Shown here piece after piece: positions 1-14,042 of a stretch of 64,000 bases of DNA (position 1 is the stretch's first letter; the number at the start of each line of letters is the position of its first letter). The position numbers were made by a program, and so were the translations under genes. The DNA comes from Leucoraja ocellata (lineage: Eukaryota). The stretch lies in the NCBI GenBank assembly GCA_036785375.1, contig JAWMAR010001356.1, forward strand, positions 124,001-188,000, in the 5' to 3' direction. Below the pieces are notes generated by a model. That model was not told the DNA's origin and ran no database searches. It saw only the letters and a program-made list of their open reading frames with translations.

Positions 1-114
1 CTATTGTTTATTGTTTTTGTACAAGATTCCAGAACCCTGAATTGAAAGAATCTCGAATGAAATATGTTAGGAAATACCTAATGCCAATTAGGAAATACCA
101 ATTAAACTATAAAT

Positions 115-272
115 CTGGATATCTTTGGAGTATGGGAGGACCCCAGAACATATGTGGAAAACATACTTGGTCACAGGAAGAGTATTTAAACTCTGTACGG
201 ATAACACATGGTGTCAGTTTCAAACCCAGGTATCTGGTGCTGTGAGGCAGCAACTCTACCACTGTGCTGCCC
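115..272 (-). mobile_element. tRNA-derived V-SINE (HE1-like), degenerate
   Basis: Reverse complement begins ggcagcacagtggtagagttgctgcctcacagc; V-domain-like ctcccatactccaaaga. Confidence 0.7.
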
Positions 273-325
273 AATCTTTCCACAAACACTGAAACCCAAG
301 AGAGGGTTTGAAACAGCGGCCTTAC

Positions 326-354
326 CTTAACGTCATCTCCATAAAGACTAGATC
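326..354 (-). other. Candidate 29-nt micro-exon A, (G)SSLYGDDVK
   Basis: ctcag|GATCTAGTCTTTATGGAGATGACGTTAAG|gtaag; homologous to 2966-2994, including the donor-side flank. Confidence 0.5.
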
Positions 355-359
355 CTGAG

Positions 360-448
360 ACAATAGACAATAGGTGCAGGAGTAGGCCATTCGGCCCTTC
401 GAGCCAGCACCGCCATTCACTGTGATCATGGCTAATCATCCACAACGG
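360..448 (-). mobile_element. CR1 3' UTR fragment
   Basis: ggtgcaggagtaggccattcggcccttcgagccagcaccgccattc, the CR1 3' end seen elsewhere in the window. Confidence 0.85.
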
Positions 449-1132
449 CAAACTTTGACCGCCCGAATCGAGGGGTATAAATCGACCCGGAGCGGGGCCT
501 TACATCACCTGGCGCGGCTTAAACAGCCGCAGGACTTACCATTACCCACCGGGGCCTCTAACATCAAGAGCCTCGATCAGCTCGATGCAGCAGTTTGACT
601 GCTTGACTGTGGGCAAGAGATAAGACTTTTGCCTTCCATCACAGTGAGGAAGTATTTGGAGATTCACTGTGATGGATGTTTGTGTGGAATTGTGTCAATT
701 GTGTGTTTTGGTTTTTTTGTTGTTATGACTGCAGGAAAGTAATTTTGTTTGAACCTATGTTTCAATGACAATAAACAGCATTCTGATTCTCTGATGCTGA
801 TTCAGACTGATGTATTTGGGAGAAAGCTGGAAAGAGACGAGAGCAGGACAGAGCTTGGTGAGTGATTCTGGATACAGTTGGGGGCTGATTAGCAGATTGT
901 GGAGTACTGACAAAGGCTAGAGGTGAAGAGGAGACGAGTGTCAAACAAGGGGAAGAGAGGTGTCATGCAAAGCCAGGGGGAAGGATCGGGGAAAGAGGGG
1001 AATGTGGGACAGGGATGAGTATACAGAGGAGGGGAAGGGGTAGGGAGACCGTTGAGTGAGGTGCACACCAGGGTGGGGAGTGCAGGGAAAGAGGGGGTTT
1101 GCCTTAATTAATACGCTCATTCCCATCTCCAA

Positions 1133-1478
1133 ATCTCATTTCCTTTTATCCCCTCCCGTCCCCTGACACCTGAAAACCTCCTTCCATTCAAAGCCGACGC
1201 TAGGGTCGGGTGAACGGGCATAGGGAAGGGTAGTGGGATAAATCTCCGCTTTTTTCACTTTTTCGTTGGTTCAGAGGTTTTTCTTTTTTATCTCTCGTGT
1301 CTTTTACAAAATTCTTTCTTTTCTTTTTCTTTTCTTCTTCCTTTCCTTTCTTTTCATTTTTCTTTTTTCCGATTTAGTTTTTAGTTCATAAAATGTTAAA
1401 ATTGAAGCTTACGAACATTGTATAATTGCTATGTCGATGACTTTCTCCTTGTACAATAAAATAAATATTAAAATAAAA
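1133..1478 (+). mobile_element. Probable L1-like 3' UTR remnant
   Basis: T-rich tract ending tgtacaataaaataaatattaaaataaaaa; family assignment tentative. Confidence 0.4.
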
Positions 1479-2965
1479 AGCAGAGATTCCAGTCTTTGGA
1501 GATCCTTCAAAGAGCAGAGGGGAGAGGAGATGTATTCTGGCAACACTGACACAAACATACTAAACCAAATAGATTTAGACCTATTCCAAAAAAAAAGCAG
1601 TATGGTGAATGGAATGCAGGATTACTTAATTTGTATTGACACTTAAAACAAGTGTCATGAACACTAAACTACTTTCACTGCAACAGGAACCAACTAGGAT
1701 TACTTTAGGGAATATAAAGAAGTCTACAAAGTCTACAAAGAATGCTGGATGTACTCAGTTGGTCAGGCACCATCTGCCTGACAGATGTTTCAGGTTGGGA
1801 TCCTTCAGACTGAGAGAGTAGTGGAGAAATCTGGAAAGATGTGGGAGCAGGACAAAAGTGGGCAAGTGATGTGGATAGACACAAATGCTGGAGTAATTCA
1901 GTGAGACGGGCAGCATCATGGGAGAGAAGGAATGGGTGATGTTTCAGGTAGAGGCTGTCCTTCAGACAACAAATACAAGCAATTGGCACTTGGTGGAGCA
2001 ATGACAAAGGCGAGAGGTGAAGAGGAGACACAAGGTTTAGATGAGGAGAGAGAGATGTGAAGCTGGAGGGCGGGATATGGGTCGAAGGGTAAAGAGGCAA
2101 AGATGAATGTCAGGGATGGGAGATGAGTGTGGAAAGAGGGGAAGGTGCAGGATGAATGGGTGATGCGGGGAAAGGGAGAGTCCCCAGTACATTCATCCCT
2201 TTTCCCCATCCTATCCCATTGCACTAATATTCCTTCTACCAGGTTTACAGTTCACACCTTGCTTTCTCCTTCTGAGATGTTCATAAATCATAGCGGCGAC
2301 GACAGAGGGTTCATGGCCCCGACCACGGATGAACAAAGGAGGAGGACTGACTGAACCTTGTTGCCTTTCGCCACAGTGAAGAATGCTGTGCTGGATGTTT
2401 TGTGTTAAATTCTATTGTGTACTGTGTGTTCTTTTTAAGTGTATCGCTGCTGGCAAATTTATTTCACTGCACCTTTGGGTGCATGTAACGAATACAATTG
2501 ACTTTGACTTTTACACCTTTAGCCTTTGTCACTTACTGATTCAATTATTTTTTGTCACATGTACCATGTGAAACAATGAAATGCTTTGTTTTGCATAAAA
2601 CCTGGTAAAATCACGTGGCTGACCTCACCTGGGCAGTACACGATGTTTTGGTGTTCCACCCATCTGGCAATTTCCTCTCCCCCCCACCTGCATCCAGCCA
2701 TCACTTGCTAGACTATTGCCCCACCTCACTTTCCCAGCTTTCTCCCTTTGCTCCATCAAGCTGAAGGCTTCTGACCTGATACTTCATTGGTCCATTCCTT
2801 CCAGATGTTGCCTGACCCACTGGTTTACTCCAGCAGACTTTTTTCTCCCTCAAGATTCCAGCACCGTGAATTCTAGTATTTTAAACCAAGAATAATCAGG
2901 AAAATACTTTCTCCTCCAAACATTTATTGGTCTGAAACCAGAGGTGGTTCTAAACGGGTCCTTAC

Positions 2966-2994
2966 CTGCATCCCATCTCCATACAGTTCCGGTC
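2966..2994 (-). other. Candidate 29-nt micro-exon B, (G)PELYGDGMQ
   Basis: tctgtcag|GACCGGAACTGTATGGAGATGGGATGCAG|gtaag. Confidence 0.5.
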
Positions 2995-3420
2995 CTGACA
3001 GATTGACAAAGTCAGACAATTCAAATTAATACACCACTAATGATTCAAAATCTCCCACCACCTTCATCCCACCCTTAATCTCACAGCAATACTTTTAACG
3101 ACAAGGATTTGAAGGGCCTGAGCTCAGGGCAAGGTTGGGCAGGCAAAGAGGAGGCAGAAACGGGGCAAGAGAGAGGGTGTCCGTGCTAGGCTGAGAGATA
3201 ATGCTAGCTGGTCGGCCAGCTCTCCCATCTATCCTACTCTCCAACGTCCGCTTCCTGGAAAACAAACTGGACAACATCCAACTACAGAGGAGTACACAGC
3301 GAGAGACTAGGGACTGCTGTGTCTGTGTTTTACTGAGACATGGCTCAACGATCGAGTCCCGGACGTGGCCATTCAGCTAGCCGGGCTAGTCTCGCACCGA
3401 GCCGACAGAGACCCATCACA

Positions 3421-4315
3421 GGTACACAAAAATGCTGGAGAAACTCAGCGGGTGCAGCAGCATCTATGGAGCGAAGGAAATAGGCGAAGTTTCAGGCTGA
3501 AACCCTTCTTCAGACTGATGGGGGGTGGGGGGCAGAAGGAAGGAAAAAGGGAGGAGGAGCCCGAGGGCGGGGGGATGGGAGGAGACAGCTCGATGGTTAA
3601 GGCAGGTCGAGGAACAGCTTCTTTCCGGCAGCTGTCACTCTACTAAACAACGTACCTCGGTGACTGCCAATCACCACCCCCCCCCCCCCCCCCCCGGACA
3701 CTTATTATTCTTTTTTTTTTTTTAATTCAAATCGTTTGCTATGTCGCTCTTCAAGGGAGATGCTAAATGCATTTTGTTGTCTCTGTACTGTACACTGACA
3801 ATGACAATTAAAATTGAATCTGAATCTGAATCTGAATCTGAAGGGGAGGAGACAGCAAGGGCTAGCAAAACTGGGAGAATTCAACGTTCATGCCATCTGG
3901 CTGCAAGCAACCCAGGCGGAATATGAGGTGCTGTTCCTCCAATTTCCAGTGTTGCTCACTCTGGCAATGGAGGAGACAGAGAGGTCGGATTGGGAATGGG
4001 AGGGGAAGTGCTGAGCCACCGGGAGTTCAGGTAGGTTATTACGGACTGAGCGGAGGTGTTCGGCGAAACGATCGCCCAACCTCCGCTTAGTCTCCCCGAT
4101 GTAAATCAGCTGACACCTAGAGCAGCGGATGCAGTAGATGAGGTTGGAGGAGATACAGGTGAACCTTTGTCACACCTGGAACGACTGCTTGGGTCCTTGA
4201 ATGGAGTCGAGGGGGGGCGTGAAGGGACAGGTGTTGCATTTCTTGAGGTTGCAACGGAAAGTGCCCGGGGAGGGGGTGGTGCGGGAGGGAAGGGAAGAAT
4301 TGACAAGGGAGTTGC
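3421..4315 (-). mobile_element. Penelope-like element 3' part (GIY-YIG), with a nested SINE at ~3590-3840
   Basis: LIYIGETKRRLGDRFAEHLRSVR..PVAQHF on the minus strand; pLTR terminus. Confidence 0.85.
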
Positions 4316-5004
4316 GCGGTAAGACAGGAGGTGGTGGCCTGTGTGTTTACATCAACACTGACTGGTGCAACAACTCTGTCTTAGTCTCCAAGTTCTGTTC
4401 ATTGCTGGTGGAGAATGCGATTGTGAGATGTAGACCTTTTTATTTGCCACGGGAGTTTACCACAGTGCTCATTGTTGCTGTTCACATCCCCCCCAGTGCT
4501 AATGCTAAGGAAACACTAGCTGTACTGTACTGTATGGAGCTTTATGCAATCTACAAAACACACACCCAGAAGGACTGTTTATTGCCGTAGGAGATTTCAA
4601 CCGTGCAAATCTCAAAACTGTGCTTCCTAAATGTTACCAACATGTGGACTTTGCAACGAGAGGGGAGAAGGTGCTAGATCTTGTTTACACCAATATACCC
4701 AGTGCGTACAGGGTGGAGTCACGCCCCCATCTCGGATACTCAGACCACATCTCTGTCATGCTGATCCCAGCATACAGACTGCTTGTCAGATGCTCCAGAC
4801 CAGCTAAGAAACAGGTGAAGACCTGGCCAGCAGGAGCCATCTCTGCTCTCCAGGATTGCATTGACTGGCACATGTTTAGGGAGGCAGCAACCACCGGCGG
4901 CACCACTGGCTTGGAGGAGTACACGGCAACAGTGACTGGTTACATCAGTAAGTACATTGATGACATTACTGTCACTGAGCTCATCACCACACGTCCCCAA
5001 CAGT

Positions 5005-7116
5005 AAGGGGATGTAACTAGTAGCGTGGATAGGGGAGAACCAGTGGATGTGGTGTATCTGGACTTCCAGAAGGCTTTCGACAAGGTCCCACATAAGAGAT
5101 TAGTATACAAACTTAAAGCACACGGCATTGGGGGTTCAGTATTGATGTGGATAGAGAACTGGCTGGCAAACAGGAAGCAAAGAGTAGGAGTAAACGGGTC
5201 CTTTTCACAATGGCAGGCAGTGACTAGTGGGGTACCCCAAGGCTCAGTACTGGGACCCCAGCTATTTACAATATATATTAATGATCTGGATGAGGGAATT
5301 GAAGGCAATATCTCCAAGTTTGCGGATGACACTAAGCTGGGGGGCAGTGTTAGCTGTGAGGAGGATGCTAGGAGACTGCAGGGTGAATTGGATAGGCTGG
5401 GTGAGTGGGCAAATGTTTGGCAGATGCAGTATAATGTGGATAAATGTGAGGTTATCCATTTTGGTGGCAAAAACAGGAAAGCAGACTATTATCTAAATGG
5501 TGGCCGATTGGGAAAGGGGGAGATGCAGCGAGACCTGGGTGTCATGGTACACCAGTCATTGAAGGTAGGCATTTACCTTCCGGTAGGCGGCGCGACTCTG
5601 GTCAGCAGCGGCCTCTGCAGCCTGTCCGCGTTTTTATTATTTTTTGTCTGTGTTTTTATGTAGTTTTTGTTATTTTATGTTGGGGTGTGTGTGTGGGGGT
5701 GGGGGTGGGGTGGGAGGGGGGGGGAAACTTTTGAATCTCTCCCTGCACTGGAGACCCGACCTTTTCTCGTCGGGTCTCAGCTGTCGTTGGGGTCGCAACG
5801 AGGAGCGGCCTCCAAAAGGAAGAAGCCGGGGACTCAGGTGCCGACTCACCTCACCTTCGCGGAGCTGGCCGAGACCGGAGCGGGTGGAGCGGTGGAGGAG
5901 CGTTTCCGCTGCCGCTGCTGCTGCTGCTGCTGAGTCGCAGGCTGCTTCTCCGGGTCTGCGGACGACGACACCGGGAGCCCGCGGGTCCCTGGAGAGAGAC
6001 CGCTTTTCGGGGCTCCTGCAACGGCGACTTCTCCCGCCCGAGTTGCGGGGTCGAAGAGCTCCTGGAGTGGGGCTTAGCACCACTGCCCCGCGCGGCTTGG
6101 AATGCGGGACTTTGCGAGCGCACACCGGGGTCTCCAACATCAAGACCCGGTGTGCGACCTTGCACCACCCGGCGTGGCTTTAATGGCCGCGGGACAATCG
6201 CCATCGCCAGCCGGGGGCTTTGACTTTGACTCTGACATCGGGGGGGAGAGAGTGCAGTGGAGAGATAAGTTTATTTGGCCTTCCATCACAGCTATGTGAT
6301 GGATGTTTATGTAAAATTTAATTATGTTGTGTCTGGGGTCTATTTGTGTGTAATGTATGGCTGCAGAAACGGCATTTCATTTGGACCTCCAGGGGTCCAA
6401 ATGACAATTAAATATACTCTTGACTCTTGCATGCAGGTGCAGCAGGCAGTAAAGAAAGTGAATGGTATGTTAGCTTTCATTGCAAAAGGATTTGAGTATA
6501 GGAGCAGGGAGGTTCTACTGCAGTTGTACAGGGTCTTGGTGAGACCACACCTGGAGTATTGCGTACAGTTTTGGTCTCCAAATCTGAGGAAGGACATTAT
6601 TGCCATAGAGGGAGTGCAGAGACGGTTCACCAGACTGATTCCTGGGATGTCAGGACTGTCTTATGAAGAAAGACTGGATAGACTTGGTTTATACTCTCTA
6701 GAATTTAGAAGATTGAGAGGGGATCTTATAGAAACTTACAAAATTCTTAAGGGGTTGGACAGGCTAGATGCAGGAAGATTGTTCCCGATGTTAGGGAAGT
6801 CCAGGACAAGGGGTCACAGCTTAAGGATAAAGGGGAAATCCTTTAAAACCGAGATGAGAAGAACTTTTTTCACGCAGAGAGTGGTGAATCTCTGGAACTC
6901 TCTGCCACAGAGGGTAGTTGAGGCCACTTCATTGGCTATATTTAAGAGGGAGTTAGATGTGGCCCTTGTGGCTAAGGGGATCAGGGGGTATGGAGAGAAG
7001 GCAGGTATGGGATACTGAGTTGGATGATCAGCCATGATCATATTGAATGGCGGTGCAGGCTCGAAGGGCCGAATGGCCTACTCCTGCACCTAATTTCTAT
7101 GTTTCTATGTTTCTAT
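5005..7116 (+). mobile_element. 5'-truncated CR1 LINE (RT), present only in copy 1
   Basis: YLDFQKAFDKV, GVPQGSVLGP and KFADD motifs; (ttctatgt)n tail; gtaa duplicated; empty site cccaacagtaaaccatgg at ~51901. Confidence 0.95.
5572..6428 (+). mobile_element. Non-coding GC-rich SINE-like element nested in CR1
   Basis: gcat target duplication; 3' hairpin tttggacctccaggggtccaaa then aatgacaattaaa and (actcttg)n; related sequence at 63830-64000. Confidence 0.75.
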
Positions 7117-7467
7117 GTAAACCATGGATGACTGCAGAGGTACGTGCGCTGCTGAGAGCCCGAGACACTGCCTTCAGAGCAGGCGATAAGGAGGCCCTGA
7201 GAACAGCGAGGGCCAAACTGTCCCGGGCCATCAGGGAAGCAAAGCGAGCGCATGCAAGGAAAATCCACGGCCACTTCATTGACAGCAGGGACACACTGAA
7301 GCCGTGGCAAGGCATCCAAGCCATCACCAATTTCAGGACATCAAAACCAGCCTGTGACAGCGATGCCTCTCTGCCTGATGCGCTGAACATGTTCTACGCC
7401 CGGTTTGATGTACAGAACGACGTGGTGGCGAGGAAGACCACAACCCCCCCCCTGCGACCAGGTGGCC

Positions 7468-10400
7468 ATAGAAGCATAGAAACATAGAGACATAGACACA
7501 TAGACACATAGAGACATAGAGACATAGACACATAGAGACATAGACACATAGACACATAGAGACATAGAGACATAGACACATAGAGACATAGACACATAGA
7601 CACATAGACACATAGAGACATAGAGACATAGACACATAGACACATAGAGACATAGACACATAGACACATAGAGACATAGAGACATAGAGACATAGAGACA
7701 TAGACACATAGACACATAGATACATAGACACATAGAGACATAGAGACATAGACACATAGAGACATAGACACATAGACACATAGAGACATAGAGACATAGA
7801 CACATAGACACATAGACACATAGAGACATAGAGACATAGAGACATAGACACATAGACACATAGACACATAGACACATAGAGACATAGAGACATAGACACA
7901 TAGACACATAGACACATAGACACATAGAGACATAGACACATAGACACATAGACACATAGAGGCATAGACACATAGACACATGGAGACATAGACACATAGA
8001 GACATAGACACATAGAGACATAGAGACATAGACACATAGACACATAGACACATAGAGACATAGACACATAGACACATAGACACATAGACACATAGACACT
8101 TAGAGACATAGACACATAGACACATAGAGACAGAGACATAGACACATAGACACATAGAGACATAGAGACATAGACACATAGACACATAGAGACATAGACA
8201 CATAGACACAGAAATAGAGACATAGAGACATAGAGACATAGAGACATAGACACATAGAGACATAGACACATAGAGACAGACACATAGAGACATAGAGACA
8301 TAGACACATAGAGACATAGACACATAGAGAAATAGAGACATAGACACAGAGACATAGAGACATAGAGACATAGACACATAGAGACATAGACACATAGACA
8401 CATAGAGACATAGAGACATAGACACATAGAGACATAGAGACATAGACACATAGAGACATAGACACATAGAGACATAGACACATAGAGACATAGAGACATA
8501 GACACATAGAGACATAGACACATAGAGACATAGACACATAGAGACATAGACACATAGACACATAGAGACATAGAGACATAGAGACATAGAGACATAGACA
8601 CATAGACACATAGACACATAGACACATAGAGACATAGAGACATAGAGACATAGACACATAGAGACATAGACACATAGAGAAATAGAGACATAGACACATA
8701 GAGACATAGAGACATAGAGACATAGACACATAGCCACATAGACACATAGAGACATAGAGACATAGAGACATAGAGACATAGAGACATAGACACATAGACA
8801 CATAGAGACATAGACACATAGAGAAATAGAGACATAGACACATAGACACATAGACACATAGAGACATAGACACATAGAGACATAGACACATAGAGGCATA
8901 GACACATAGACACATAGAGACATAGACACATAGAGACATAGACACATAGATACATAGACACATAGAGACATAGACACATAGACACATAGAGACATAGACA
9001 CATAGACACATAGACACATAGAGACATAGAGACATAGACACATAGACACATAGACACATAGACACATAGATACATAGACACATAGACACATAGAGACATA
9101 GACACATAGAGACATAGATACATAGACACAGACACATAGAGACATAGACACATAGACACATAGACACATAGACACATAGACACATAGAGACATAGACACA
9201 TAGACACATAGAGACATAGACACATAGACACATAGATACATAGACACATAGAGACATAGACACATAGACACATAGAGACATAGACACATAGATACATAGA
9301 CACATAGAGACATAGACACATAGAGACATAGAGACATAGACACATAGACACATAGACACATAGAGGCATAGACACATAGACACATGGAGACATAGACACA
9401 TAGAGACATAGACACATAGAGACATAGAGACATAGACACATAGACACATAGACACATAGAGACATAGACACATAGACACATAGACACATAGACACATAGA
9501 CACTTAGAGACATAGACACATAGACACATAGAGACAGAGACATAGACACATAGACACATAGAGACATAGAGACATAGACACATAGACACATAGACACATA
9601 GAGACATAGACACATAGACAGAAATAGAGACATAGAGACATAGAGACATAGAGACATAGACACATAGAGACATAGACACATAGAGACAGACACATAGAGA
9701 CATAGAGACATAGACACATAGAGACATAGACACATAGAGAAATAGAGACATAGACACAGAGACATAGAGACATAGAGACATAGACACATAGAGACATAGA
9801 GACATAGACACATAGAGACATAGACACATAGAGACATAGACACATAGAGACATAGAGACATAGACACATAGAGACATAGACACATAGAGACATAGACACA
9901 TAGAGACATAGACACATAGACACATAGAGACATAGAGACATAGAGACATAGACACATAGACACATAGACACATAGACACATAGAGACATAGAGACATAGA
10001 GACATAGACACATAGAGACATAGACACATAGAGAAATAGAGACATAGACACATAGAGACATAGAGACATAGAGACATAGACACATAGACACATAGACACA
10101 TAGAGACATAGAGACATAGAGACATAGAGACATAGAGACATAGACACATAGACACATAGAGACATAGACACATAGAGAAATAGAGACATAGACACATAGA
10201 CACATAGACACATAGAGACTTAGACACATAGAGACATAGACACATAGAGGCATAGACACATAGACACATAGAGACATAGACACATAGAGACATAGACACA
10301 TAGATACATAGACACATAGAGACATAGACACATAGACACATAGAGACATAGACACATAGACACATAGACACATAGAGACATAGAGACATAGACACATAGA

Positions 10401-11560
10401 CACATAGACACATAGACACATAGATACATAGACACATAGACACATAGAGACATAGACACATAGAGACATAGAGACATAGACACATAGACACATAGACACA
10501 TAGAGACATAGACACATAGAGAAATAGAGACATAGACACATAGAGACATAGAGACATAGAGACATAGACACAGACACATAGACACATAGAGACATAGAGA
10601 CATAGAGACATAGAGACATAGAGACATAGACACATAGACACATAGAGACATAGACACATAGAGAAATAGAGACATAGACACATAGACACATAGACACATA
10701 GAGACATAGACACATAGAGACATAGACACATAGAGGCATAGACACATAGACACATAGAGACATAGACACATAGAGACGTAGACACATAGATACATAGACA
10801 CATAGAGACATAGACACATAGACACATAGAGACATAGACACATAGACACATAGACACATAGAGACATAGAGACATAGACACATAGACACATAGACACATA
10901 GACACATAGATACATAGACACATAGACACATAGAGACATAGANNNNNNNNNNNNNNNNNNNNNNNNNNNNNNNNNNNNNNNNNNNNNNNNNNNNNNNNNN
11001 NNNNNNNNNNNNNNNNNNNNNNNNNNNNNNNNNNNNNNNNNNNNNNNNNNNNNNNNNNNNNNNNNNNNNNNNNNNNNNNNNNNNNNNNNNTAGATACATA
11101 GACACATAGAGACATAGACACATAGACACATAGAGACATAGACACATAGACACATAGAGACATAGACACATAGATACATAGACACATAGAGACAGACACA
11201 TAGACACATAGAGACATAGACACATAGACACATAGACACATAGAGACATAGAGACATAGACACATAGACACATAGACACATAGACACATAGACACATAGA
11301 TACATAGACACATAGAGACATAGACACATAGACACATAGAGACATAGAGACATAGACACATAGAGACATAGACACATAGAGACATAGAGACATAGACACA
11401 TAGACACAGAAATAGAGACATAGACACATAGAGACATAGACACATAGACACATAGACACATAGAGACATAGACACATAGACACATAGACACAGAAATAGA
11501 GACATAGACACATAGAGACATAGAGACATAGAAACATAGAGACATAGAGACATAGACATA
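7468..11560. repeat. ~4 kb (CATAGA[C/G]A)n 8-mer array, expanded CR1 3' tail; contains gap 10943-11090
   Basis: Contiguous with the 3' end of the minus-strand CR1 at 11561. Confidence 0.97.
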
Positions 11561-13150
11561 TAGAAAATAGGTGCAGGAGGAGGCCATTCGGCCCTTCGAG
11601 CCAGCACCGCCATTCATTGTGATCATGGCTGATCGTCCCCAATCAATAACCCGTGCCTGCCTTCTACCCATATCCCTTGACTCCACTACCCCAGAGCTCT
11701 ATCTAACTCTCTCTTAAATCCATCCAGTGACTTGGCCTCCACTGCCCTCTGTGGCAGGGAATTCCACAAATTCACAACTCTCGGGGTGAAAACGTTTTTT
11801 CTCACCTCAGTCTTAAATGGCCTCCCCTTTATTCTAAGACTGTGGCCCCTGGTTCTGGACTCGCCCAACATTGGGAACATTTTTCCTGCATCTAGCTTGT
11901 CCAGTCCTTTTATAATTTTATATGTTTCTATAAGAATCCCCCTCATCCTTCTAAACTCCAGTGAATACAAGCCTAGTCTTTTCAATCTTTCCTCATATGA
12001 CAGTCCCGCCATCCCAGGGATCAATCTCGTGAACCTACGCTGCACTGCCTCAATCACAAGAATGTCCTTCCTCAAATTAGGAGACCAAAACTGTACACAA
12101 TACTCCAGATGTGGTCTCACCAGAGCCCTGTACAACTGCAGAAGAACCTCTTTACTACTATACTGAAATCCTCGTGTTATGAAGAGCAACATTCCATTAG
12201 CTTTCTTCACTGCCTGCTGTACCTGTAAGCCAACTTTCAGTGACCGGTGTACAAGGACACCCAGGTCTCGCTGCACCTCCCCCTTATCTAACCTAACCCC
12301 ATTGAGATAATAATCTGCCCCCTTGTTTTTGCCGCCAAAGTGGATAACCTCACATTTATCTATATTATACCGCATCTGCCACGCATCTGCCCACTTACTC
12401 AACCTGTCCTGGTCACCCTGCAACCTCCTAACATCCACTTCACAGTTCACACTGTCACCCAGCTTTGTGTCATCCGCAAACTTGCTAGCGTTGCTCCTAA
12501 TTCCCTCTTCCAAATCATGAATATATATATGGTAAACAGTTGCGGCCCCAACACCGAGCCTTTCGGCACTCCACTCACCACTGCCTGCCATTCTGAAAAG
12601 GACCCGTTCACTTCTACTATTTGCTTCTGGTCTGCCAACCAATTTATATCCATGTCAACACCCTACCCCCAATACCATGTGTTCTAATTTTGGTCACCAG
12701 TCTCCCGTGCGGGACCTTATCAAAGGCTTTCTGAAAGTCTAGATACACTACATCCACTGGCACCCCTTCATCCATTTTACTTGTCACATCCTCAAAAGAT
12801 TCCAGAAGATTAGTCAAGCATGATTTCCCTTTCATAAATCCATGTTGACTTGGACTAATCCTTTTACTGCTATCCAAATGCCCCATTATCACCTCTTTAA
12901 TAATTGACTCCAGCATCTTTCCCATCATCGAAGTCAGGCTAACTGGCCTGTAATTCCCCGTTTTCTCTCTCGCTCCTTTCTTGAAAAGTGGGATAACATT
13001 TGCGCTGCGCTACCTCATAACGCTGCACTCTCTGAATAGCAAGAATGTCCTTCCTCAAATTAGGGGACCAAAACGGTACACAATACTCCAGGTGTGGTCT
13101 GACTAGGGCCCTGTACAACTGCAGAAGGACCTCTTTGTTCCTATACTCAA
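11561..13150 (-). mobile_element. CR1 LINE RT fragment, frameshifted
   Basis: QHGFMKGKSCLTNL, KFADDTK and [13 protein letters not shown] motifs. Confidence 0.95.
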
Positions 13151-13316
13151 ATCTTCTTGGGAGAAAGGCCATGCAAACCTCTTCTCTTGAGCTTGGCAGT
13201 CTGAATCTAGTGCCATAACTATTCATAAGTGTGTTCATACTGAATCAGATTTTGACGGTGTGAGACGCGTATTGGCTTTTGATGGTATGATACGGGAATT
13301 TGCTAGGATAAACTGA

Positions 13317-14042
13317 ATTCAGGAAGGTCAGAGGGGGCAGACATACCCCCATCCATATAAACGGGACTGAGGTGGAGCGCGTCTCCAACAACAGGTTCCT
13401 CGGGGTACACATCTCGGAGGATCTGTCCTGGTCCCTCAACACCTCCAAGCTGATCAAAAAGGCACAACAGCGCCTTTTTTACTTCCTGAGGAGGCTCAAG
13501 AAAGCCCACCTGTCCCCCCAGATCCTGACCAACTTTTACCGCTGTACCATCGAAAGCATCCTGACCACCTGCTTCACGGTATGGTACAGCAGCTGCACCG
13601 TAGCGGACAGGAAGGCACTACAACGGGTGGTGAAAACCGCGCAGTACATCATCGGTGACCCGCTCCCTGCCATGGATGCCCTCCATCGAAAACGGTGTCT
13701 GAGACGGGCCGGGAAGATCATCAAAGACCCCTCCCACCCCAACCATGGACTGTTTGCCCTCCTCCCATCAGGGAGGCGGTACAGGAGCCTCAGGTCACGT
13801 ACTAGTACGATGAGGAACAACTTCTACAATAATACCATCACATTGCTGAACTCGGAGTCACGCCGATAGATTTCTCCAGTCTCTCCGTCCACACCGTTCG
13901 ATTTCGATTATTGTTTGATTATTCTGTATTTTTATTTTTATTTCTATATTGCACTATACTATGGACTGACGCTAAACTGCATTTCGTTGTACCCATACTC
14001 GTATTTGTGCAATGACATTAAAGTTGAATTGAATTGAATTGA
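13317..14042 (+). mobile_element. Rex1/Babar LINE 3' end
   Basis: FLGVHISEDLSW..YRCTIESILT..LLPSGRRYRS; (ttgaa)n tail. Confidence 0.9.

Larger units (their letters stand above)
3090..7467 (+). mobile_element. Rex1/Babar LINE, endonuclease region, fragmented (pieces 3090-3420, 4316-5004, 7117-7467)
   Basis: [42 protein letters not shown] and KPWMTAEVR motifs; interrupted by Penelope and CR1 insertions. Confidence 0.85.

Noticed and set aside
5644-6204. Overlapping Ala/Arg/Pro-rich ORFs
   Set aside because: Chance ORFs in a GC-rich repeat.
7333-11686. Very long Cys/Val/Met-rich ORFs (up to 1426 aa), also at 52197-53252
   Set aside because: Translations of the 8-mer microsatellite, some running through Ns.
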